Source: Fibrobacterota bacterium
GTDB taxonomy: Bacteria > Fibrobacterota > Fibrobacteria > UBA11236
Assembly (NCBI GenBank): GCA_043753995.1
Contig: JAYUVP010000309.1
Location: 1 to 19,692 of the forward strand
Reading direction: 5' to 3'
Length of the DNA stretch: 19,692 nucleotides
Shown: positions 8,409 to 15,118 of the stretch, in pieces
How positions within the stretch are numbered: the first letter of the stretch is position 1
Layout: each line of letters starts with the position of its first letter
Program-made: the position numbers and the translations under genes
The notes under the pieces: model-generated
The model's input: the letters and a program-made list of their open reading frames with translations, nothing else
What the model was told of the DNA's origin: nothing
The model's database searches: none

Positions 8409-9408
8409 TGGCCACGGCAATCTTGGGTAGGGCGTGATAAAAGGCCCAAAAACGCATGGCTACATCGTCTTGCCCGGGTATGAGCACTCCAGGACGAGGT
8501 ATCATGCCCGTTAACAAGGGAATATCCGGCCTTAAAAAGGCAGTGGCCATCCTTCGCCCGATTTCCAAAGTCAGGCGGTGGCGCTTTTTCGGTTTGGGGT
8601 TTTGGGCATCCGCGACTTGAAAGGCCGTGATATACAAATGGCAACTGGCAGGACCAGTACTTTCCACCGCAATCACCGCGCCGATGCCGGTTTTTTCGTT
8701 TCGCATGATGAGCAGGGAAGCACCCCAACAATCCATGGTCACTCGCAGGGTACCCCGCGTCAAAAACTTCATTATCTTGTCTTGCCATCGCCGTGGCAAA
8801 ATGCGCGATTCCATCTCCATCGACAAATGATTCGCATTCAGCGAGGAAATCTTGGGGACACCCACCAAGACCCGATTATGCACACGGGGGAAATGCGCCA
8901 AATCGAAGGTGTTCATCGCGGGCATCATCCAATTCAGAGGCAAGCTCATTTTGCGCGCCGAGCTGAACTGGTCCTTGCCCGTGAGCAGCCCGCTTGGCAA
9001 TTCATAAGTGGGCGTCTTGGCGGGAAAGACGAAAATCATGCCCGCCCATTCCCTGATCGCCAAGGTATGCAGGGCCGCCTGCTCAGCCAGGGGTGCCGGT
9101 ATGGCGGCCTGGCATTGGCCGTCCTTGCTGAAGCCCCAGCCATGCAAAGGGCAAGTCATTTGATTCCCGCGCACGCAACCTTGCTTCAGGTCGGCTCCCA
9201 TATGACTGCAATAGCGCGCAATCAGACCGACTTCGCTATCCGCCCCTCGAAACAGCACCCAAGGCCGGTCTAAAAATTTCACCTCACGGTGCCGCCCCTT
9301 CTTTAACGAAGCGGATGTGGCGATCACGAACCACGATTGCGGCAGGGGTGGGCCTGGTAAACCCAACGGGGGCCGCGGGGGAATGGTTATAGAATTGGCC
9401 TGCGACAT
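8398..9408 (-). CDS. Rieske [2Fe-2S] non-heme iron oxygenase, alpha subunit (VanA/KshA-type single-chain architecture)
   Basis: Rieske ligands 'CSHMGADL...CPLHGW', mononuclear Fe site 'NTFDLAHFPRVH' and a C-terminal Asp 'FLRPDIP'. Start placed at ATG 9408 (AAAGG upstream) rather than GTG 9501. Confidence 0.9.
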   Translation of the reverse strand: MSQANSITIPPRPPLGLPGPPLPQSWFVIATSASLKKGRHREVKFLDRPWVLFRGADSEVGLIARYCSHMGADLKQGCVRGNQMTCPLHGWGFSKDGQCQAAIPAPLAEQAALHTLAIREWAGMIFVFPAKTPTYELPSGLLTGKDQFSSARKMSLPLNWMMPAMNTFDLAHFPRVHNRVLVGVPKISSLNANHLSMEMESRILPRRWQDKIMKFLTRGTLRVTMDCWGASLLIMRNEKTGIGAVIAVESTGPASCHLYITAFQVADAQNPKPKKRHRLTLEIGRRMATAFLRPDIPLLTGMIPRPGVLIPGQDDVAMRFWAFYHALPKIAVANEV

Positions 9409-9519
9409 CAAACCTTTTTGGTGAAAGTATTTGCGGACATGATTTAGACGAAAGCGAATAAGAAAAAGATAGGCTGCCTCCGACCGAGGGCATGACATCA
9501 CTCCTTGACAAGCCCCGAC

Positions 9520-9548
9520 ATTGGCAGACTATTGGCAGACTTTGGCGG
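9520..9548. repeat. Tandem direct repeat ATTGGCAGACT x2 plus partial third copy (TTGGCGG), candidate regulator binding site
   Basis: ATTGGCAGACT at 9520-9530 and 9531-9541, TTGGCGG at 9542-9548. Lies in the divergent intergenic region between the operon and the globin. Confidence 0.6.
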
Positions 9549-9621
9549 TTGTATTTGTGACTTTTCGCTAAATCAGAACGCCATTTCCTCATTTTCCCAC
9601 GCTTTTCGCCCCAAATTTTCC

Positions 9622-9636
9622 TGGTACGGGAATTGC
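9622..9636 (+). promoter_or_regulatory. Sigma-54 (RpoN) -24/-12 promoter for the globin gene
   Basis: TGGTAC-GGGAA-TTGC versus consensus TGGCAC-N5-TTGC: one mismatch, exact GG-N10-GC spacing, oriented toward the globin. Confidence 0.7.
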
Positions 9637-9702
9637 CCTATCTCTCCTTAATGCGGAGCGCGAACCAAATCGCGGCCCGCTGAGCACTGAGCCCGGTCCG
9701 AC

Positions 9703-9782
9703 CGGCCATTTGCGATGGGGACGACTCCTCGATCACAGGTTATTACCTGCGATTTGAAGGCTCGTCAGGAAGCGAATGGTCG
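9703..9782 (+). other. Long imperfect RNA hairpin in the predicted globin 5' leader
   Basis: Nested pairings: CGGCCATTTGC(9703-13)/GCGAATGGTCG(9772-82, two G-U), GACGA(9720-24)/TCGTC(9762-66), GATC(9731-34)/GATT(9751-54), CAGGT(9736-40)/ACCTG(9745-49), loop TATT. Confidence 0.5.
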
Positions 9783-9801
9783 TTTGTATTGGAGGTGTTA
9801 T

Positions 9802-10239
9802 ATGACTCCGGAACAGAAGTCATTGGTTTTGCAATCCTGGAAGAAACTGTCGCCAACCAAGGTCGAGGCGGCTGCGAATTTATTTTACGCCAAACTTTTT
9901 GAGCTCGATCCAAGCTTCAAATTGCTTTTTAAAAATGACATGGGGGAGCAAAAGCGCAAGCTCATGCATACCCTCGGCTTTGCCATCATGAATTTGAATA
10001 GCCTGGAGACCTTGGTTCCGGTATTGCGGTTATTGGGCAAAAGGCATGGTGGTTATGGCGTCAAGGACGAGCACTATGAAGCTGTTGGGGTGGCATTATT
10101 GTGGGCCTTGGAACAAGGTCTTGGCATCGACTTCACGCCGGATGTGAAGCAAGCCTGGGCTGCGGTTTACCAAACCTTGGCCACGGTGATGAAATTGGCG
10201 GCCCAGGAAGCCGCACCGACACCTAGGGTGGCGGCTTAA
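9802..10239 (+). CDS. Single-domain bacterial hemoglobin (Vgb/flavohemoglobin-type globin domain, no reductase domain)
   Basis: 145 aa from ATG 9802 with GGAGG RBS at 9791. B10 Tyr ('LFYAKLF'), CD1 Phe ('LLFK'), E7 Gln ('EQKRKL'), proximal F8 His ('LGKRHGGYGV'), 'EHY' and 'AWAAVY'. Confidence 0.93.
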   Translation: MTPEQKSLVLQSWKKLSPTKVEAAANLFYAKLFELDPSFKLLFKNDMGEQKRKLMHTLGFAIMNLNSLETLVPVLRLLGKRHGGYGVKDEHYEAVGVALLWALEQGLGIDFTPDVKQAWAAVYQTLATVMKLAAQEAAPTPRVAA

Positions 10240-10626
10240 AACAATCCCGCCAATTCCTGCTTACCACCCCCGTGATAGGGCCGAAGTACCCGCATTACAT
10301 GGGTGAGTTCGAAGACCTCAAGATAGGTGAGGACGGTGGGACGACTCAGGCCACTGACCTTGGCGAGATTCACCGCCTCCATCCTACCGCCACTTTGGCG
10401 CAGTAAGGTTTCCACCAATTTCAAAAAGCCCGTGCGCTTTTCAACGCGAAATAGTCTTTGCTTTAAATCTGTGACGCCAAAATCCTGCCTCTCGGTGATT
10501 AATCTCATCCAATACCAATTCTTTTGTTTTCAAGCCGGAGAAGAAGCTTTCTGGGTCCTCCAAAAGAGTTGCTGTCGATGGCAAATCGCAATTCAAAAAC
10601 CGGGCTTCCCGAAAGGCCTTCGCCAA
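10236..10626 (-). pseudogene. Degraded remnant of an AAA+ ATPase (AAA_14/DUF4143 family)
   Basis: One frame gives 'AKAFREARFLNCDLPS...LVLDEI' (post-Walker A region to Walker B). A second frame gives 'ERQDFGVTDLKQRL' joined to 'FRVEKRTGFLKLVETLLRQSGG...LAKVSGLSRPTVLTYLEVFELTHVMRVLRPYHGG' (wHTH). Walker A, most of the ATPase core and the C-terminal domain are missing. Confidence 0.72.
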
Positions 10627-11621
10627 GGCATAATCTGAAAGCGGCCATCGGGTCGCCAGAGACTAAGGATGGAAGTTCTTGGGCGAGCCCCCAAAGACCG
10701 CATCCGGGCTATGGTCGAAGTGCCAAACAAGACATCATAGGCAAAATGGGTGGACATATTGAGGAGGGTGTCCAAGCGGGGATCGTCCTCGGGCATCCCA
10801 TGGCCCATGCCAGGGAAGAGTTTTAGCTCCGACCGAACCCCGGCCCGCACCAGGACCCGATGCGCGCAGGCGCTACCGAAGGTGGTAAACTGAGGGTCTC
10901 CCAAAGAGTAGCCTAGGTCGTAGGGCACCACTTCGTCCTCGGTGCCGTGAAAGTGAAGTGCCGGGAGTCGACCATCTTGCAGCCAGGTGGAATCACCCAC
11001 GCCACCCCAGCAATTCACGATGCCCGTGATGGCAGAGGAAACTCCGGTGTTACCCCCCGTTCCTTCGATGCCGCCGATGTCAAGGGTGTCCAGGTAAGCC
11101 GGTACTTCGTCCGCATCCAAGTAAGCGTATTGCAAAGCAATGAACCCCCCTGCCGAGGTGCCACCCAAGAGAATGCGGGCCTCGTCAATGCGATAATCGA
11201 CTTTCTTCGACCGCAAGAAGCGCACCGCGGCTTTGGCGTCCTGCACGGCCCGAATCATTTGGGCTCCAATATCGGCCTTATTGGGAAGCGAGGACCTCAC
11301 TCGGTATTCCGGAGAGGCCGTGACATAGCCCCTCAGGGCGAAGTAGCGGCATAGCCCGACGATATCGTCATCTGCCTTGGACCCCCCGGAGAAACCGCCG
11401 CCATGAATCCAAATGAAAAGCGGACGGGCCGAGGCCGTGTCTCCTTGAGGCTGGTAAATATCCATCAGCAAGTTTTGCGTGGCACCGGTATGGGTTTTGG
11501 CGGCACCGTATTGAATGTTAGAGGCTACCGAGACCTGGTGGAAAACAGCGTCTTTGTAACGAGCCTGGCCGAGAGCCAAGATCGGAATCAGGCAAAGGAC
11601 GGTTGAGATGCGAAGCGACAT
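10593..11621 (-). CDS. Secreted carboxylesterase/lipase (alpha/beta hydrolase, HSL/BD-FAE-like)
   Basis: Signal peptide 'MSLRISTVLCLIPILALG', oxyanion 'IHGGGF', nucleophile 'GTSAG', 'HGTEDEVVP' and 'GMGHG'. Basic C-terminal tail. GGAG RBS. Confidence 0.9.
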   Translation of the reverse strand: MSLRISTVLCLIPILALGQARYKDAVFHQVSVASNIQYGAAKTHTGATQNLLMDIYQPQGDTASARPLFIWIHGGGFSGGSKADDDIVGLCRYFALRGYVTASPEYRVRSSLPNKADIGAQMIRAVQDAKAAVRFLRSKKVDYRIDEARILLGGTSAGGFIALQYAYLDADEVPAYLDTLDIGGIEGTGGNTGVSSAITGIVNCWGGVGDSTWLQDGRLPALHFHGTEDEVVPYDLGYSLGDPQFTTFGSACAHRVLVRAGVRSELKLFPGMGHGMPEDDPRLDTLLNMSTHFAYDVLFGTSTIARMRSLGARPRTSILSLWRPDGRFQIMPWRRPFGKPGF

Positions 11622-11630
11622 GAAAACTCC

Positions 11631-11668
11631 CGTAAGGCGTCCGGCGCAAAGGCTCCTTGCGCCTTACG
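11631..11668. other. Intergenic inverted repeat with two competing stems
   Basis: CGTAAGGCG(11631-39)/CGCCTTACG(11660-68) and GGCGCAA(11643-49)/TTGCGCC(11657-63), immediately upstream of the esterase RBS. Confidence 0.5.
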
Positions 11669-11671
11669 AAC

Positions 11672-12157
11672 TCAGAACATAGTGTTGTTGTTCGCTGACT
11701 TCTCGGGAACGTCTTGGACCACATCCCAATGCTCAACGATTTTACCGTCTTGAACCCGGAAAATATCGATCACAGCCTGGCCTCTATCGTCTTTGTTGGA
11801 GGTCGCATGCACATGCAACCACACTATATCGCCTTCAACGGCCGTCCGAACTATTTTTGCGCGTGCATCCGGATTGCTTTTAAAAAATCCGGCGAAAAAA
11901 TCCGTGACGGCCTTTCGCCCGTCCGGCACCATGGGATTGTGCTGCTTATAGCCCTCAGCAAGAAATTTTTCCGCGGCGGCCATTTCATGCTTATTAAAGA
12001 AAGCGTCGTAAAACTCAATGACGAGCTTTCGATTTGCCTCTGACGCTTTCGGTCCTACTGGCTGGTCCTTGGCCGCAGACACGGTCACGCTCATGGCGAG
12101 AATCATGGCCGCATGGGCCAAATAAGAAGAGGCACGGGATGCCAATTTCAATTTCAC
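11672..12157 (-). CDS. SnoaL-like / NTF2-fold protein (ester cyclase family) with signal peptide
   Basis: 'NRKLVIEFYDAFFN', 'YKQHNPMVPDGR', 'AVEGDIVWLH' and 'DIFRVQDGKIVEHWDV'. N-terminal signal-like segment. AGGAG RBS before GTG. Confidence 0.9.
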   Translation of the reverse strand: MKLKLASRASSYLAHAAMILAMSVTVSAAKDQPVGPKASEANRKLVIEFYDAFFNKHEMAAAEKFLAEGYKQHNPMVPDGRKAVTDFFAGFFKSNPDARAKIVRTAVEGDIVWLHVHATSNKDDRGQAVIDIFRVQDGKIVEHWDVVQDVPEKSANNNTMF

Positions 12158-12193
12158 TTTATCTCCTGTGGAAAACCCTGGTTTTAAGTCCGC

Positions 12194-13006
12194 TTAAAGT
12201 ACCAAGAGAATGCGGGTGGAAATTTCCGTACCCCATCGCATCTTCATCCAATATCTTCCGAGCGGAATGGGTTGGGCCCATCGCAAAACCCAATAGGGGC
12301 GCCGAGAATTCTCGTTGACGGTAATGGATGGCCCTGGCAAAAGCCCACCCATAGAGTCAAAAATTCTGATTTCTAGTTTCAATGTTGAGTCCAACCCAGT
12401 TCGGTCGATTTCTAATTCCTGTTTTCGCAGAGAAAGCAGATGCGGCGATTTTCTTTCGCTCGCAACAGGCACGTGGGGTCGGGAGTCCCGGGAGAGGCTT
12501 TGTATCCAATCCCGCATTAAGGCCAAGGCTTTTTCGTCCACTTGGGTTCGTCCCATCGGAGGCATGGCATAGCTTCCCACCGAGGCCAGGCGGAGATAGA
12601 CCTCCGAGTTTTGAACATAGCCGGGTTGGATGTGATATAACTTGCGCCCGTCCGGACTTAACCGAGAGCTCGGGCCGAATAGGGCGGTACGATTGAGCGG
12701 CGTGGAGTAACGGAGATCCATGCCCCCATTGCTAATGCCCCCCGGCTGATGGCATTGGGAGCAATTCGCGTCTAAGTAAGAACGGGCGCGCTGTTCCAAA
12801 GGCCGGGTCACATCGAAGGGATATGGCTTCGAATTGAGGAGGGTATAATCCGGGAAATACGACGGTCCCGTGCGCGAGAGATAGCTACCGGGCTGGGCAG
12901 AAACCGGCCAACTAGGTAGGCTCAATAGAATGGGGAGAAGGCCCCACCATGGGTTTCCACAACTCATTTCCAATTTGAAACTAGACAATTGGATTCGCTG
13001 AATCAT
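12194..13006 (-). CDS. Secreted monoheme c-type cytochrome domain protein with putative C-terminal sorting domain
   Basis: CxxCH in 'RARSYLDANCSQCH', distal Met 'MPPMG' and 'VDEKALALMRDWI'. Signal-like 'LLPILLSLPSWPVSA'. Start uncertain (ATG 13006 or 12967); GTG 13075 would leave no room for the divergent gene's promoter or RBS. Confidence 0.72.
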   Translation of the reverse strand: MIQRIQLSSFKLEMSCGNPWWGLLPILLSLPSWPVSAQPGSYLSRTGPSYFPDYTLLNSKPYPFDVTRPLEQRARSYLDANCSQCHQPGGISNGGMDLRYSTPLNRTALFGPSSRLSPDGRKLYHIQPGYVQNSEVYLRLASVGSYAMPPMGRTQVDEKALALMRDWIQSLSRDSRPHVPVASERKSPHLLSLRKQELEIDRTGLDSTLKLEIRIFDSMGGLLPGPSITVNENSRRPYWVLRWAQPIPLGRYWMKMRWGTEISTRILLVL

Positions 13007-13075
13007 TTTTAATTCTCGGCCCTTTTGACCAGAACCCCGCACCTTAAGACCTTTAGCAGCCATGGAGCCCAGCAC

Positions 13076-15097
13076 ATGACGCCAATTCCCCCCGCGATAC
13101 GCCCTTCGTCCTTGCTGTCCCTACAGGCACGCCTGCGCCGCGACTTGGCGCAATCGCCCTTAGCGGCCTCTTTGCGCGATTTGGCGCAGGCGGGCGAGCT
13201 TTGGCGGTCGGGCCGTCCGCTGAATGCCGAAGAAATCGCCACGCTTCAGTCCCAAGGCAATGCTGCGGAGTCTTGGGACTTGGTACGCGCCAAGGGTGAA
13301 GGATCTTGGGCTGGCGTGCGCGGCATGCGCTTCGAGGGCCGCATCCTTTTGGCGCCTCCCGCAGGGGACCTGGGTGATAGCCAGGGACGAACCTGGCCTT
13401 CTCTCTTGCGCGATAGTACGGTGCGCAATTGCGTTTTGGGTCGTTGCCATCTCGATCAAGTCGGCCGCATGGAAAATGCCGTGATTGAAAACGGGGCCAT
13501 CCTTTCCCAAGTCGAACGCATCACCTGTGCGCCCAAACGCCGCTTCGCCCTAGGTCAAAAAATTTCGGTAGGCGATGAAACCGGCAGCCGCTCGCTTTGG
13601 TTTTGGGATGGACTCGATCTCGAAGCTTGCGAATGGGCCGCTTCGCTTCGTCCCGAAGAACAAAAACAGTTTCAATCCGATATCGATACCTTGATCACCG
13701 AACTTAGCAGCGATTTCGCCTATGTCGCTTCAGGCGCGGTCCTGATTGCCGTTCGGCAAATACGCGACAGCTGGATAGGCCCGGGAGCCTATGTCGAAGG
13801 CGCTTCCCTGCTGAGCGGCAGCGCCTTGCTCAGCAGCATGGACTTTCCTTGCATGCTTGGCGCCGACGCCCGCGTGGTCGACAGCCATGTGCAAACCGGG
13901 GCCCATGTCGACGGCGCCGCCTCAGTATTGCGTTCACTATTACTTGAAGCCTCGGGCGTCGGCGAATCGGGCCAGGTTGCCGACTCGGTACTGGGCTCCA
14001 ATACCCATGCCGCCAAAGGCGAAATCACTTCTTCCTTGGTCGGCCCCTTCGTGGGCTTTCATCATCAGGCCTTGCTCATCGCCGCCCTATGGCCCGAGGG
14101 TCGCGGCAATGTGGCCTATGGCGCCAATGTCGGCAGCAATCATACCGGGAAAAAGGCCGATCAGGAAATCCGTCCCGGCGAAGGCATGTTTTTCGGACTC
14201 GGATGCACGGTGAAATTTCCCGCCAACTTCTCGAACGCCCCCTATTCGCTCATTGCCTCCGGGGTCACGACCCTACCGCAACGCCTAGGTTACCCCTTCT
14301 CCCTCATTCAGGGAAGCAGCCTCCCTACCTCCCCTGAAACCCAAGGGCTGAATGAAATTCGTCCCGGATTTATGTGGCAACAAAACCTGTATGCCCTGGC
14401 GCGCAACAGTTACAAATATCTTGATCGTGATCAATGCCGCACGGCGCGGGCCCCGCTTTCGTCGCATTCCGTCGTGAGAGACGGCTTTTTCGGGGGTCGT
14501 CTTTTCACACCCGACCTCATCGCCAAGGTCGCTCATGCTTATACCGAGCTCCGCCGACTCAGCGCGCGCCAACGTAACGAAGGCACGCCGAATGGTTCAA
14601 ACAAAAGCGGAGAGGCACCGGCAGGTTACACTTCCCGAGAATTGCCGGGCCTAGGCAAGAACGTCTTGCGCCGCGAAGAATTACCCACGGCCGAAAAAGC
14701 TTATGCCGCGTTTTTGAAATGCGCTCTCTTGCGCTGGGGAGCCGAGCCTCTCGCTTGGAACGATGCCGCCTTTTTGCAGGAACATATCAGCTCCGCCTGG
14801 CAAGCCCTGGAATTACCCTGGCCTCAAAGCCTGAATGCAAACGCAGCGATGCCCCAACCCGAATTGCGCGGCGAATGGCTACAAGCCTTTGGCACCCAGT
14901 TAACCGCTTGGTTACCCCTGCTCGATGGGCTTCCCGAGGCGGCCGCCGCAAGCCTTCAGCGCGATCACAAGCGCGGCGCCCTCATCATGGATGACTATGC
15001 CGACTTTCACGGATCGGCCGCCGAGGATGCCATCCTCTTAAGGCTTGGCAAGGCCGTGCATTTACTGAAAGCTCAGTTGAGCGAAGGCTTGAACTGA
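13076..15097 (+). CDS. DUF4954-like protein with left-handed beta-helix (hexapeptide-like) repeats
   Basis: Long ORF with repetitive small/hydrophobic stretches ('IRDSWIGPGAYVEGASLL', 'VVDSHVQTGAHVDG') and a block I recognise as DUF4954-like, 'GRGNVAYGANVGSNHTGKKADQEIRPGEGMFFGLG...FPANF...APYSLIASGVTTLPQ'. ATG 13076 has a GGAG RBS. Confidence 0.72.
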   Translation: MTPIPPAIRPSSLLSLQARLRRDLAQSPLAASLRDLAQAGELWRSGRPLNAEEIATLQSQGNAAESWDLVRAKGEGSWAGVRGMRFEGRILLAPPAGDLGDSQGRTWPSLLRDSTVRNCVLGRCHLDQVGRMENAVIENGAILSQVERITCAPKRRFALGQKISVGDETGSRSLWFWDGLDLEACEWAASLRPEEQKQFQSDIDTLITELSSDFAYVASGAVLIAVRQIRDSWIGPGAYVEGASLLSGSALLSSMDFPCMLGADARVVDSHVQTGAHVDGAASVLRSLLLEASGVGESGQVADSVLGSNTHAAKGEITSSLVGPFVGFHHQALLIAALWPEGRGNVAYGANVGSNHTGKKADQEIRPGEGMFFGLGCTVKFPANFSNAPYSLIASGVTTLPQRLGYPFSLIQGSSLPTSPETQGLNEIRPGFMWQQNLYALARNSYKYLDRDQCRTARAPLSSHSVVRDGFFGGRLFTPDLIAKVAHAYTELRRLSARQRNEGTPNGSNKSGEAPAGYTSRELPGLGKNVLRREELPTAEKAYAAFLKCALLRWGAEPLAWNDAAFLQEHISSAWQALELPWPQSLNANAAMPQPELRGEWLQAFGTQLTAWLPLLDGLPEAAAASLQRDHKRGALIMDDYADFHGSAAEDAILLRLGKAVHLLKAQLSEGLN

Positions 15098-15118
15098 GGC
15101 AAGGGAGGCCTTAGCCTC
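15096..15118. terminator. Hairpin between convergent genes (possible bidirectional terminator/pause)
   Basis: GAGGC-AAGG-[GAGG]-CCTT-A-GCCTC overlapping both stop codons. No clear U-tract. Confidence 0.3.

Noticed and set aside
8578..9273. 231-aa plus-strand ORF and the many other antisense ORFs across 831-9273
   Set aside because: They lie opposite well-supported genes, show no recognisable motifs, and are the expected shadow ORFs of GC-rich coding DNA.
9505..9510. Perfect TTGACA (-35 hexamer)
   Set aside because: No credible -10 element at 16-18 bp spacing on either strand.
9284..9592. Possible small precursor peptide (RiPP) upstream of the radical SAM operon
   Set aside because: The 102-aa ORF overlaps the Rieske gene and the regulatory region and has no leader/core pattern. 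The radical SAMs show no SPASM cysteines or RRE, and the other enzymes point to acyl substrates.
9655..9715. Resemblance of 'CCCGCTGAGCACT' to the c-di-GMP-II riboswitch loop
   Set aside because: The downstream GTGC pseudoknot partner and the rest of the consensus are absent.
9715..9801. N-terminal extension of the globin in the ORF track (similar extensions on the Rieske, yjbQ, cytochrome and DUF4954 ORFs)
   Set aside because: Downstream ATGs have better RBSs and/or coincide with the start of the recognisable domain, and the extensions are not protein-like.
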